DNA of 59,748 nt, the filler included, from Asterionella formosa (Eukaryota), in assembly GCA_002256025.1 (NCBI GenBank). It is 5 parts of 5 records of this genome, joined end to end, with 100 filler letters (N's around TTAATTAATTAA, not from the genome) between each part and the next. Parts side by side here need not be neighbours in the genome. Positions count along the whole stretch, not along the records: positions 47,894 to 59,748 come from NKIB01008110.1; 4 more parts are not named here. The stretch is one strand, 5' to 3'. How positions within the stretch are numbered: the stretch's first letter is position 1; each line of letters starts with the position of its first letter. The translations under genes and the position numbers were made by a program. Positions 47,959 through 59,039 of the stretch are shown in pieces. The notes beneath the pieces are model-generated. The model was not told where the DNA came from, made no database searches, and saw nothing but the letters and a program-made list of their open reading frames with translations.

Positions 47959-50574
47959 ATGTTAAATCGAAAGAGACCTAGAGCTCTAGAAGAGAGATCT
48001 ATAGAATATGCCTCCCCAAATGGCTGCCTTAACACTGCCTGTACACGATACCATTCGATAATAGCGCTTCTGGTGTTGCTAATTAGCACCACTGTCGATA
48101 GTCTTACGACGGTTCATTCAAGTAGAACTGAATACTCCCTGAAGCTCTTAAGTCGAAAGCGAGATCATGTTGATCTTATCTACGAAGCACCACATTTTGA
48201 TCCTCATCACAGGAATAATAATATTGAATCAATCCGTGAAGACTACAGCTTTTGGGATGGCCCGATAACGACGACAAGTTTCAACATGGATCTCAAGAAT
48301 TTAGCTGACGAAGAGGCACAAAAAGCACAAGATGCATTGGAAATCATGGAGGAACTATACCGTCAATCGACGGAGACACAATCAACCGACAATAGCCCTA
48401 CACAGTATGTTCAACCAAATGCAGCATGTTATACCACAGTGATTGATGGATGGTTGCACTCTAGTCATCCAGAGGCAGTCTACAAAATTCAAGCACTCTT
48501 GGATAGGATGGAAATGATGTATGATGAAACTGGTGACGAGGCGTTACGTCCCAACGTTGTGACCTACATGCTTGTGTGCCAAGCTTGGTGCGATGCTGAC
48601 ACGCATGATTTCGCCGGTGGAAATGTGGAGCGAGCTGAAGAAATCGTTGAACAAATGAAGAAAAGAGGAATTCATCCTGACGTCAAAGTTTACACATCTG
48701 TCTTGTATGGATGGTGCAAACGAGCCGGCAAAGTCCGAGGGGCAATGGAGCGAGCTGAAAAGCTACTTTCGGAAATGGAGATGGGGAGCACGAGAATGAA
48801 TGATACCATATCATTAACCGGAAAGCAACATCATGACTCGATTAAGCCAAACGTGATTACATATACAACAGTACTGAGCGGATTATGTCGAAGCAAAGAA
48901 AACGACATTGGCTTTCGAGCCGAAGCTATACTAGAACGTATGGAGCGAAACTGCGTGGAGCCCGACATGGTAACATATACATCCGTTCTGAGCTGCTGGT
49001 CCAAAGTGCAAAGTTGGAAAGAGCGAGATATTGCTGCTGGTAGAGCTGTTTCCATATTAAAAGAAATGGAAAGGAAGTATGCAGCTGCAATGTATCACGT
49101 TAAACCCAACCTTCTTACGTATTCCACTGCCATTTCTGCCATCGGCAACAGTTTGGAACCAAATGTGGCTTATTTGGCAGAAAATATACTACGACACATG
49201 TACGCCATCCATAACTCGAACCAAATCACAGGGATCAAGCCTACGACAGCAACGTACAATGCCGTTATTAACGCTCTTGCGAGAAACATGAAAGGAAACA
49301 AGGTCAAATGCGCAACACGAGCGGAAGAATTGCTAAATGAAATGATGCAGCGAAGCGCTGACGGCGAGATCAATATAGATCCCGATAGTCACACATGGGG
49401 AGGTGTCATCCTCGCGTGGGCCCAATGTGGAAATCCCACTGCAGCAAGTAACGCACAACGAATTCTCGACACTATGCAAACTCTATATAGGAGTGGAAAA
49501 TCAAAGGTGCAGCCAAACGTGGTCTGCTTCACGACAGTCATGAGAGCTTGGAGCAGCATTAAACGAGATGATGCCCTTGATAAGGCGGAGGGTATCTTGA
49601 TAGCCATGGAGGAGCGATATGGGGAAACGCAAGACGAGAAATTCCGTCCTACCGCTATCAGCTACATCACCATGATTGACGCATTTATTCGTAACAACGA
49701 AGCAGCTGCAGCGCTACGAGCGCAAAACATGGTTGATCGCATGGTGCGATTGTATGGACAAGGCAAAGGTTATATTCGACCCAACCGCATTGTCTACAAT
49801 TCGCTAATCAATGCGTGGTCACGAAGCTCTGAAATTGGAGCCGCTATTAAGGCAGAGCAAATTCTTCAATGGATGGAAGCGCAGTACAGATCTGGAGATA
49901 TCCATGTAAGACCAGATGAGGTAACTTTTTGCGGTGTCTTAAATGCATGGGCCAACAAGGCAGACCAAGGAGGCGCTGAAAGGGCGCAACAAATCCTTGA
50001 GCACATGGAGTCTCTTTCCCCAGAAGATCGAGGATTTCAGCAGACAGTAAAGTGTCACAATGTAGTCATCAAAGCTTGGTCGAGGAGCGGGGCCCCTGAT
50101 GCTGTCCGCAAGACGGAAGAGTTGCTTGAACAGTTAGAAGGACGTGATGACCTCAAGCCTGACGCGAAAACTTACTCATCGGCAATTAACTGTTGTGCTT
50201 ATTTCAAGGGTCCCGAAGAAGGCAAGACGGAAGCCTTTGCAACAGCCATGCGCATGTTCACAAAGCTCAGTGGATCCAAAGAGCACCGACCGAACAACAT
50301 TACTTATGGAACTATGTTCAAAGCCATCGCCAAACTTACTGACATGAATGAAAGTCGGCACGAGCTGGTGAGAAGATTGTTTGAAAAGTGTATACATTCT
50401 GGCTCGGTGGATGGTTTTGTGTTGTCCCAACTGCGTGGGGCATCCCCTGAAGTGTTTCGTGATCTCGTTCTTGCTCCACTCAAGATGACGTCCAGTGCCG
50501 AGGCAGCCAATATTCTTGCTGTGCTTGATCGTATGCCTGCCACTTGGGGACGCAAGGCGCTAGCCAATTACTGA
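47959..50574 (+). CDS. Pentatricopeptide-repeat (PPR) protein, 871 aa
   Basis: Many tandem motifs of the form P(N/D)xx(T/V)Y(T/N)xx(I/L)xAW...A..(I/L)L..M, with a diatom-type C-terminus (PNNITYGTMFKA...LFEKC...G.VD..VL). A hydrophobic segment at aa ~34-48 suggests organellar targeting. Confidence 0.93.
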   Translation: MLNRKRPRALEERSIEYASPNGCLNTACTRYHSIIALLVLLISTTVDSLTTVHSSRTEYSLKLLSRKRDHVDLIYEAPHFDPHHRNNNIESIREDYSFWDGPITTTSFNMDLKNLADEEAQKAQDALEIMEELYRQSTETQSTDNSPTQYVQPNAACYTTVIDGWLHSSHPEAVYKIQALLDRMEMMYDETGDEALRPNVVTYMLVCQAWCDADTHDFAGGNVERAEEIVEQMKKRGIHPDVKVYTSVLYGWCKRAGKVRGAMERAEKLLSEMEMGSTRMNDTISLTGKQHHDSIKPNVITYTTVLSGLCRSKENDIGFRAEAILERMERNCVEPDMVTYTSVLSCWSKVQSWKERDIAAGRAVSILKEMERKYAAAMYHVKPNLLTYSTAISAIGNSLEPNVAYLAENILRHMYAIHNSNQITGIKPTTATYNAVINALARNMKGNKVKCATRAEELLNEMMQRSADGEINIDPDSHTWGGVILAWAQCGNPTAASNAQRILDTMQTLYRSGKSKVQPNVVCFTTVMRAWSSIKRDDALDKAEGILIAMEERYGETQDEKFRPTAISYITMIDAFIRNNEAAAALRAQNMVDRMVRLYGQGKGYIRPNRIVYNSLINAWSRSSEIGAAIKAEQILQWMEAQYRSGDIHVRPDEVTFCGVLNAWANKADQGGAERAQQILEHMESLSPEDRGFQQTVKCHNVVIKAWSRSGAPDAVRKTEELLEQLEGRDDLKPDAKTYSSAINCCAYFKGPEEGKTEAFATAMRMFTKLSGSKEHRPNNITYGTMFKAIAKLTDMNESRHELVRRLFEKCIHSGSVDGFVLSQLRGASPEVFRDLVLAPLKMTSSAEAANILAVLDRMPATWGRKALANY

Positions 50575-50640
50575 TCGATTTCATTAATTACGAAACTAGT
50601 TCTTGTCTAGAGAAATCCTCCCAAGTTATGTGTACTTTGT

Positions 50641-51780
50641 CTAAATATCAATTATTGCACTGTCGTCTTCTGCAGTGCCACCACTGTTGCCTATCATAGA
50701 CTGTACATGCGATCGGAGACGATCTTTCAGTTCTTCCTTATTGCCGCTGACCTTCAAGCCTTGCTTTTTCAGTATATCCTTCATTCGCTTGACTGTCAGC
50801 ATATCGATGGGGTCAGTTGCTGTTTTCACGTCTGGCTTTCCATCGTCGTTGTCTTCGTCGTCAGGCAGCGGTTCGACGCCATCTTCAACAACAGTCGCCA
50901 CACCACCTTTCATGTCCAAATCCTTGATTGTGGCTTTCTTGGTTCGAGGCAAGGGCGTGTCAATGAATGGTATCTTCTTCGACATGATACTATCAAAGGG
51001 ACTAAAGGGCAGCTTCTCGCCGTCTTCGTTTGTGATAAACTCTTGACCATCTCCCTGGCGTGTGACTTCCTGCACCAATCCTTTCTGAGCCAGTTGATCC
51101 ACAGTAGAGCGTGTCATATTGAGCCCTGACGAGAACATTGTTTTGTCTACGAGGCTCATGTTAATATTATCAATATCGACACCAAGTGAGGCTGCGTATT
51201 CTCGAATGTTCAATTCTTCTGGTTGTTCATACTTTCTGGAGATGACTTCTTCATCATCTTTTGGATAAACCCCACCCCAATCATAGTCAACAATATCAAA
51301 GTCATCTTTCGGAGTTCTGTGATTCTTTTCAATCTGTACAGTGATTTGTCGTTTTTTGCTGTCAGGAACGTCATGAATCTCCCAAAAGGTTCCATCGGTC
51401 GAAACCCTCCCCCTCATGAATCGTTTTGCGTCCAACAAGACGAGCTCTGGCCCATCCTCTTGCAGGAGCCTCATGTCAATACTTCTCGGGAGAGCTTGAA
51501 ATGAAATGTCTTTGGCTCGCGTCCCTTCGGGCACGGTAATGTGAATTTCCAACTCAAAGGGCTCTTCTACCCAACTGTAGTTGGTGGCAGTTCCGACTCC
51601 TCCATATAGTGGAGTGACGTGGGATCTGCTGTCACTGGTGCGCGACGGAAAGAAGGATGGTTTATGATTGTTATTGACAGCATGGAAGAACGCATATCCT
51701 TGCTGGTATCCATCAATGAGGAGAATAGTAATGGAGAGAAGAGGAGTCCTTGATGGTCGGAACATGGTTGATTGTTTCAT
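50641..51780 (-). CDS. CS (p23/NudC-like) domain + C-terminal SAP domain protein, probably plastid-targeted
   Basis: CS-like NYSWVEEPFELEIHITVPEGTRAKDI...GRVSTDGTFWEI...ITVQIEK; SAP-like LTVKRMKDILKKQGLKVSGNKEELKDRL; signal-like N-terminus ending GYA-F followed by a Ser/Arg/His-rich transit-like stretch. Confidence 0.85.
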   Translation of the reverse strand: MKQSTMFRPSRTPLLSITILLIDGYQQGYAFFHAVNNNHKPSFFPSRTSDSRSHVTPLYGGVGTATNYSWVEEPFELEIHITVPEGTRAKDISFQALPRSIDMRLLQEDGPELVLLDAKRFMRGRVSTDGTFWEIHDVPDSKKRQITVQIEKNHRTPKDDFDIVDYDWGGVYPKDDEEVISRKYEQPEELNIREYAASLGVDIDNINMSLVDKTMFSSGLNMTRSTVDQLAQKGLVQEVTRQGDGQEFITNEDGEKLPFSPFDSIMSKKIPFIDTPLPRTKKATIKDLDMKGGVATVVEDGVEPLPDDEDNDDGKPDVKTATDPIDMLTVKRMKDILKKQGLKVSGNKEELKDRLRSHVQSMIGNSGGTAEDDSAIIDI

Positions 51781-51892
51781 CGATTATATTTATCTACTAT
51801 TTATTTTCTTATAATTTCAATCCACAAAGAAAACTACCGGTATTGATTTTCGTCCTGTGCGCGCGTGCTGAGCGATGACGCTCGCTACGGTA

Positions 51893-52080
51893 TCTGGTAC
51901 TGGTGTGAGGGGTACCTGGTACCGGTACCTGGTACCGGNNNNNNNNNNNNNNNNNNNNNNNNNNNNNNNNNNNNNNNNNNNNNNNNNNNNNNNNNNNNNN
52001 NNNNNNNNNNNNNNNNNNNNNNNNNNNNNNNNNNNNNNNNNNNNNNNNCCGGTACCTGGTACCGGTACCTGGTACCTGGT
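51893..52080. repeat. GGTACC / TACCGGTA / TACCTGGTA low-complexity palindromic array (contains an assembly gap)
   Basis: ggtacctggtaccggtacctggtaccgg on the left of the N-run and a similar array on the right. Confidence 0.85.
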
Positions 52081-52529
52081 GCTCCGATTACCATCCTGAA
52101 ATGAGCCAAGCAAGTGGTGGTTTCGCGCTTTCGTCGCGTGACTAATGATCAGTATACATGGCTGTATGATAGTCATGCATAAGGAAAGAAATGATTGTAC
52201 TGGCACATATTTCATGACGAGGAAAACCACGTGGCTGTTGTACTGTAGTCAACCAGTACCTATCATATACTTGTACCAGATACTGTACTACATATGGTAC
52301 CAGGTACCGAGTACGCCAGTCGTGTCATTACATCATTACATTCCTATGTACACATTTCAATTGTATACGTGGTACAAGGTATCAAAGATTCCATATAACG
52401 ATTGAAACGAATAGCTGTGATGTCATGGTGATCTGCTTTTTTACGATGATGATTTTGTTGCTTCGGCATTGTCCATCACATCATCCTCACGGCTTTCCCA
52501 AAACTGAACTTGCTCGCTCCGTCCGAGCC

Positions 52530-53300
52530 ATGGCGTCGTCACCTGCTTCCGTCTTTCGAGGTATTGCGCAGTCTCGGCGTTCATCTCGTCGCTTTCAAGT
52601 GAACAAACCCATCGACAAGTCCATACTGAAGGATATTCTCCAAACCACAATTCGAGGGGCTCCCTCCTCGTTCAATCTACAGCCAACACACATACTCATC
52701 GTGCAGTCGCCCCAAATGAAAGAACAGCTAGCCACCAGCTGCATGCTCGGACCGGGAAATCAGTTCAGAACCAAGGATGCCAGCGCCCTCGCCGTCTTTC
52801 TGGCCGATTTGCAACTCAAGGACCGCATTTCACGCATCGAGCAACTGGAACGAGACGCCACAATGAGAGATCCGAACTACTTGAATGTCATGCCGATCGC
52901 AGCTTCTTTTCTCACGGGAGAAGGACACGCAGCCACATTCTTGAAACAAATTGCCACAGACGCCATGTCCACCATTCAGCCCATGCCTACCATCGAGCCA
53001 GTGCAGGCTTGGTCCTTCAAAAATGCGTCCCTGGTCGCACAGACCTATGTGCTGGCGGCCACATCGCATCAGCTAGCCACGTGCATGATGGAAGGGTTCG
53101 ACTCGAGACGCTTGAAAGAGATACTGCGTATTCCAGATCGGTATGATGTTCCAATGGTGGTGGCCACGGGGTATGAATACGACGAGGATTTCAAGGAAAC
53201 GCCTCGATTGGGACTGGAGGAAGTGGTCTTCGGCGAGACCTTTGGAGCGCCGATGGAATTGAATGACGAGGAAGAAGATGCCTCTCAGAGTTTCCAATAA
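52530..53300 (+). CDS. Nitroreductase-family flavoprotein
   Basis: SRRSSRRF; APSSFNLQP; AATSHQLATCMMEGFD; VPMVVATGY; TPRL. The ATG at 52530 (MASS) is preferred over the upstream in-frame ATGs. Confidence 0.92.
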   Translation: MASSPASVFRGIAQSRRSSRRFQVNKPIDKSILKDILQTTIRGAPSSFNLQPTHILIVQSPQMKEQLATSCMLGPGNQFRTKDASALAVFLADLQLKDRISRIEQLERDATMRDPNYLNVMPIAASFLTGEGHAATFLKQIATDAMSTIQPMPTIEPVQAWSFKNASLVAQTYVLAATSHQLATCMMEGFDSRRLKEILRIPDRYDVPMVVATGYEYDEDFKETPRLGLEEVVFGETFGAPMELNDEEEDASQSFQ

Positions 53301-53728
53301 AATATTTTGACGATTCTCTTGTTGGAACAGCAAGAACTTGCCTCTGGTTTACGTCGTTGGTTCGGACGAATGAAAGCCCAACGCTTGAAATACTGTTGGT
53401 TCACGCGTCGGCAATTGAGTCATTTGATTCTTGTTCTACAGGATACAGGATATAATAACATGTGCAGCACTGTACAGTACAGCATGGTAATATACAGTAC
53501 TCTTGTATGTGTTGAAGCACCGAAAAATTCCCAAATAAGATACAGGACAGAAATCTGGGGTGCACCAAAACACCATCGGTAGATGGAATGTATCATGTTT
53601 AAAATAGAAAGAAACCTTTCAAAACCTTGGCAGTTGTTCTCAGCGCTGATTCAAAATTTAAAAATATTCCTCACACAACACTAGCGAGAAGCAGCACTTA
53701 TATCTTCTTTCGATGATCCACTGTCACA

Positions 53729-55678
53729 ATGAGAAATTTTATAATGCCATTCCTTCTCATGTTTACTTCTGCAGCGTTGCTATTGATCATGTTCACTACT
53801 CCATCGCGTTCCGACGTGTCACTCCATCGTTATCTACGCTATCAAGTTTACTTCGATGGTGCTCAGCAAGCACCCATGCACCTCACTCATCAGAGCAAGC
53901 GATCGCTCCAATCAACTACCACCGTTGCAACAACAGATTGCAACGCAATTAGAACAACAGCATTTACTGCTCGCCTAGATTTGGATTACTATTATTTGGT
54001 GGAGACAGATGGTCAAAACGATCTAGTGCCGGATCAACTCAGTGGACTCGAAGAAGCGATTCGATATGCTGTTGTCGGGGCACTTAATATGTGTGATTCT
54101 CAAGATCAGCCATATTACGCGATCTTGTTAGAGTCGGCGCATCACATTTCAACCGATGGTAAGGACGATGACTGATTAGGCATGTACAACTACAGTTTTG
54201 ATGAGTGGCGACTCTCACCAAATGAATCACCAATCTGTTTTATAGGCTTCTGTGTCGCGGAATCAAGCACGAATTCGTGTCGTATCATTTCTGGAAGTAC
54301 TTCTATTCTTCTTGATTCTGGACCAGCAGAAGCAAAGACACTTGCTTACAAAGCGATTGAAAATGGCCTTCTTAATACGTCAATTGTCCAGTCATATGTT
54401 CCAAATGTGGTATCTGCTCAATTCCTTCGCGCAAGAGGCGACAGTCTTGTCATTCTCAATGCTGAAACTGGTCATGGCGACAGCGGAACTACGTCATCGG
54501 CTGCCAAAGTGGCGATTGGTACTTCATCCGTGGCGCTTTTGCTCGTTGCAACATTTGTTTATGGAATATTTCGGCGTCAAGCCAGTGCCAAGAAGCAACA
54601 ACGCACACTTGGTATTTGCACTCCGAAATCACCTCCCTCTAGCTTTCCCGTTGGTATGAATGGTCGGCGATACTTTACCCGTCTCGACGATGAAAGTGGG
54701 ATAGATTCTGTCGTAGTGTCTAACATTTACGAAATCAAAGATGAACCTTCTATTACATGGAGCATGTCCGACATTACATCCGAGTCGGGCTCTGGGCACT
54801 CCATGAATTCTCGAGTAACAACTCGACTTGAATCCATCAAGGAGGAACCCAACCCGGGTTGTGATACTATGGAAGGACCAGATGGAGACTACACGAAGGC
54901 CTACGCTGCGCATCGTGCAAGGTTAGCGGAACTGATTAAAGCGACGCACTTTGAATCAACCTTTGGAGCATACGCATATGATGTGGACGATGCTAACCGA
55001 ATTTCGGACTTGAAACGTGCCAAATACTCGAAAGAAAGGAATTTACTTGTCGTTGTCCCGTTGGAAATTCCGCAGTCACCATCTCTGATTACCGACGAAT
55101 CGGAGCCTGAAATGTCAAGCAACGAGTCCAAAGTAGAACCATTAAGTGCCAACGCCGGTAATGATTCTAATGCCAGCGCATCAGAAACGTCAGATGAAGA
55201 TTCCAATGTCAAAACATCAAAAGCATCGAAAGTTTCTATCAATGACAACACATCAGGGGCAGCCGACAATGATTCCAAAATCAAAACAGCAGAAGATTCA
55301 GATGATGATTCCAATATCAACAAATCCGATGCTTCAGGGGTCGATTCCAATGACCAGGCATCAGAAGGCAGCACAGGAGGGAAGGAATTGTCGTTGAACG
55401 AACCGGTACCCAAACCTTTTTGCGAAGCTGCAAGCGATTTCAATCGCTCCCCAAATGTTTCAGAATGCTATTTTCCACCTAGTCACAGCACCGACGAACA
55501 ATCTCGTGATGATGCCTTTGGCTCCTCAAATAACCCCAATCAACATTTCACGAATGAGAGTATGGAGACAATTGATACCAACGAGTCAGACGCAAGTCTG
55601 CAACGTTGGCTTATGATTCTTCTCCTCGAATTGCAAAAGTGCAGGATCGCAAACCAGAACGAAAGTATGAGCATTTGA
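53729..55678 (+). CDS. Uncharacterised single-pass membrane protein; exons 53729-54158, 54246-55678
   Basis: N-terminal hydrophobic signal/anchor; a Cys-containing ectodomain; TM segment VAIGTSSVALLLVATFVYGIF followed by RRQ..KK; long acidic Ser/Asp-rich tail. The GT-AG intron 54159-54245 joins the two ORFs in frame. Confidence 0.8.
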
Positions 55679-55819
55679 TGTGGCACATATTCCCCAAAAA
55701 AGTGTTCATGAATCGATTTCCAAAATTGATCTTTAAGCATGATGTTCAATCCTTTGCAAAAATTAGCAATGTTTTTATCATTCCACTGGACAACTGTTCT
55801 GAATTAGATTTCTCCTGAA

Positions 55820-56902
55820 TTATATGTTTTCGTTGAAATCTAAGCCACCCAACTCGTCCATCATGTCACCATCCAGATCAAAGCCAAGAATATCCAAGTC
55901 AGCACCAAGCTCGTCTAAATCATCATCTCCATGTCCTGCTTGCAACATGGCTGCAGCAGCTTGCGTCATTTCATCGTGAATATTCATAGTCATTTTGGCA
56001 GCCACATTCTTCTTGACAGATGGCTGTTCCATAATGGCTGCTTTCTTCTTCTTCTTTTCGTTCTTCTTTTCTTCTTTCTTTTTCGCCGCTGCCTTTTTCA
56101 ATTCTTCTTTCTCTGTTTCAACCTTAAGAATTTCTGCAATTTCTCGTGGATGCAACCACAGTTCTGGATGTTTCGTCGCAATCGGGTCATCGGCCGAGAA
56201 TTCGAGACCGTGCGCCAGGTTTCCATGGTCGTCCATCCAGAGTTCGTAATCAACCACGTCGTCCACAATTGTTTCCATGACTCGTGTTTGAGCCACAGCA
56301 ACATTATTTTTGTTCTTCCCACGTGGTTTGCTCGTCGAATCAACAATCCGATCAATCAGCAGCTTGAGTTCTTCTTCTATTTCTGCAACCTCGGTCCGAG
56401 GAGGTGGAACCGCCTTGTGTGCACGAGCCGCGAACCGTCGGTCCACAACGCGTTTGAGTGGAGGCGTCAGTCCTGAATGGTAGTAGGAAGGGAAGTCTTC
56501 GTGTTTGTACCCAGGCAATGCTTCTGCCTCCTCAAGAGCCATTTCGTCTTCGTAGACAATCAGTTGCTGCGCCACATCACAGCATTTGTAATACATCGCG
56601 TGATCGTGCGTCTTGTGTATTTCTACTGGACAGGGGAGATTTACGAGGCGCGCAGGATATGAGGCTCCGTCGCAATGAAAGGTCCATTTCGTGGATCCGT
56701 CAGAAGATGGCTCACAGGTGACGCCATCCAAGTCCCCGAGAACTTCCTTGGTGAGATAGTCCGTCACACTTGAATTGGGAGGCGCCTTGGAGGCGCAGAG
56801 CTGCTCGGCTTCTTTCATTTTGTCGCGAAGGCGTGTTTCTAGCGACGGAACTAGAACGCGCAAAACAAGCGTTCGGTCTCGAATTGGGTTTCTGTCTCCC
56901 AT
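55820..56902 (-). CDS. TAF7: Transcription initiation factor TFIID subunit 7
   Basis: TAFII55_N signature YPARLVNLPCPVEIHKTHD...YYKCCDVAQQLIV and HSGLTPPLKRVVDRRF. The first ATG is at 56902. Confidence 0.9.
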   Translation of the reverse strand: MGDRNPIRDRTLVLRVLVPSLETRLRDKMKEAEQLCASKAPPNSSVTDYLTKEVLGDLDGVTCEPSSDGSTKWTFHCDGASYPARLVNLPCPVEIHKTHDHAMYYKCCDVAQQLIVYEDEMALEEAEALPGYKHEDFPSYYHSGLTPPLKRVVDRRFAARAHKAVPPPRTEVAEIEEELKLLIDRIVDSTSKPRGKNKNNVAVAQTRVMETIVDDVVDYELWMDDHGNLAHGLEFSADDPIATKHPELWLHPREIAEILKVETEKEELKKAAAKKKEEKKNEKKKKKAAIMEQPSVKKNVAAKMTMNIHDEMTQAAAAMLQAGHGDDDLDELGADLDILGFDLDGDMMDELGGLDFNENI

Positions 56903-56995
56903 TGCGTTGGGTAATATTAGGGATGGATGCCGGGAAAAAATGATTGCGGAGGAAACCAAGTTTATGATCTTCTATTTACGATGGCTTATATATAG

Positions 56996-57245
56996 ATACC
57001 GGTATGTTCAGAGATATACGGTGGTGCCACAAACGCGGTCGACATCATCATAACAATGTCGATTACCCCGGTATATACCAGGTACCGGTACTCCGGAGTG
57101 CGTACCAGTAGTTACCGGTATATGCATAACAAATCGCTGCCTCCTCACTGTCATATTTCAAGGCTCGATCCGGAGTCCGGATTACACGGTAAACGCAACC
57201 GGTAGTCTACTACCGGTATGCTAATACCGGTAGACTACTGGTAAA
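56996..57245. repeat. TACCGGTA/ACCGGT-rich tract upstream of TAF7
   Basis: Multiple TACCGGTA, TACCAGGTA and TCCGGA palindromic words within ~250 bp. Confidence 0.75.
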
Positions 57246-57643
57246 ATGCCGCTTTATCTATACTCTAATACAAATACAGAAGACGTATCAGTGTGACACT
57301 TTAAGTGGTGTCAGGACGATCTGGACATGTGAAACCATCAGCAAGGACGATAACACATTATCGTAGCAAACATGCAATTCACATATGGGATACCGGTAGC
57401 CACCATCTCCAGGATAAGACGTCATTCTAGCATACATCATTCTTATGAACAAAGTAACCTGGTAGTACGGGAGTAGTAGGCTATAGTAGTATCAGTTGAG
57501 AATAGACAAACCATTGAAGCAAATTCTTGCTTGCTTCCTTTGGGTTAGCAGGACAACAACGTCAACAGTGTCCCTGCACCGTCTCTCAATGCATCACTAG
57601 TGTGCAGGTTGTTTAACAACACATCTAATTGCCAGCATACAAA

Positions 57644-58681
57644 TTAAGGATCCTTTTTCAGATAGGCAGCCATAGTCTCATCGTCGGCCCATTGGACACG
57701 GAAAGGAGCCAAGTACTTTGGAGAACGTTCTGATACCACTTTACCAATAGCCTTGACCCCAGAACCGCGTTTTTTCTGGGAAATTCCGTTTACCCCTCTA
57801 GCGACGCGTTGGGCAGGAGAACCATTAGATTGTTGCTGACTGCGAAACACCTCAACACCTGCAGCACCAGTTTCCATGGCAGCCTTCTTTACAGCTCGGA
57901 GATTGGTAGGAACGTCCTCTCGAATGCGCCACTCTAAAGCAGCAACAGGAACAGGACCTTTTGGGCGAACGTCCACTGTGTAGGATAGTGTTGTCTGAGG
58001 CATGCCGTCCTCGTCAAATTTCTCAGCGACCTTCCATTCGCCGTCGAATTCTGAAAAGAAGAAACTATCGATACAACGAAAACCAATCCTTCGTTCAGCG
58101 GGGAAGAGAAGTTGTCCAGTTGTCCCGGGAGTTTTCAGCGATCCGTTCGCCGACGTGATAATCTTTTCGGTCATTTCCATAGTTAAATCAGCACCAAACT
58201 CGAATCCAATAATCTTCTGCGCACCCTTCTGGTATAAACGACATTGGAAGTCTCCGTCTCCGGGTACACCCGCTGATCTCGCGCTCAAAATCCTGCTTTC
58301 CACCAAATTGGGAACATGAGCAGACAGACGATTGTAGTCTGTTAGGATCGCCCAGCAATCCAACAGAGTGGCGTCAACAGTAATTTCTCCGGCAATTCGT
58401 CTCGAGTTTGGTGATGTTCGTTCTATTCTCACCGCAACTAGCTCGCAAGAATCAGCACCTTCGCTTATGCTCTCGCTGTCTCCGTTTCCACCAAACCACC
58501 AGACGCTCAGCGAAGACGTTGAACGCGCCGGATCAACGTGTGCCGGAACATGGGTAACGCAAGGGTCACAAGATCGAGTAGCCAAGGCCCTTCGACTATT
58601 CGACGGCGCAAAGGAGTCAACCTCTACACACGTCAGGAAGGAGGCTAATAGAGCAAATGAAGCTAGGGCAGAAGAATTCAT
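57644..58681 (-). CDS. Polyketide cyclase/dehydrase (START/SRPBCC) family protein, plastid-targeted
   Basis: RRIAGEI.V......WAILTDYNRL..HVPNLVES, LYQKGAQ, FSEFDGEW, TTLSYTVDVRP...VPV..LE.RIRED.P.NL. Signal peptide ending VDS-FAP (ASAFAP-like). Confidence 0.9.
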   Translation of the reverse strand: MNSSALASFALLASFLTCVEVDSFAPSNSRRALATRSCDPCVTHVPAHVDPARSTSSLSVWWFGGNGDSESISEGADSCELVAVRIERTSPNSRRIAGEITVDATLLDCWAILTDYNRLSAHVPNLVESRILSARSAGVPGDGDFQCRLYQKGAQKIIGFEFGADLTMEMTEKIITSANGSLKTPGTTGQLLFPAERRIGFRCIDSFFFSEFDGEWKVAEKFDEDGMPQTTLSYTVDVRPKGPVPVAALEWRIREDVPTNLRAVKKAAMETGAAGVEVFRSQQQSNGSPAQRVARGVNGISQKKRGSGVKAIGKVVSERSPKYLAPFRVQWADDETMAAYLKKDP

Positions 58682-59039
58682 TCTATTCAGTCGTATGTAT
58701 GTCAGCACTTGTTGGTGTGAAGTTACTTTGGCTTTATGACCTATTTCAATTCTTTATTTGCATGTGACATGCATCGTAGACATACTATACCTGGAACTAG
58801 TACAAGGTGCCTGGTACTATAGGCGTACGAATGATTGAAGAAGGAAACAGCAGGAATGTGATGCGTATGTACTAGATATCACTCGTTGCTTGTTGCTTCC
58901 TGCTGTTGTTGCTTTTCCTTGCCACCCGCATCCCGCAGAGACGAAGAACAAACATTGCTTGGAACATAATTATATTCAGACATGAATATACCGACATATT
59001 ATCAAATCGTTGGAGCTGAAACCAACGGGAGAGCTAATT

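Noticed and set aside
47959..58681. Functional gene cluster or operon-like plastid module on scaffold 5
   Set aside because: The functions are unrelated (TAF7, nitroreductase, membrane protein) and orientations are mixed; this is ordinary gene-dense diatom DNA.
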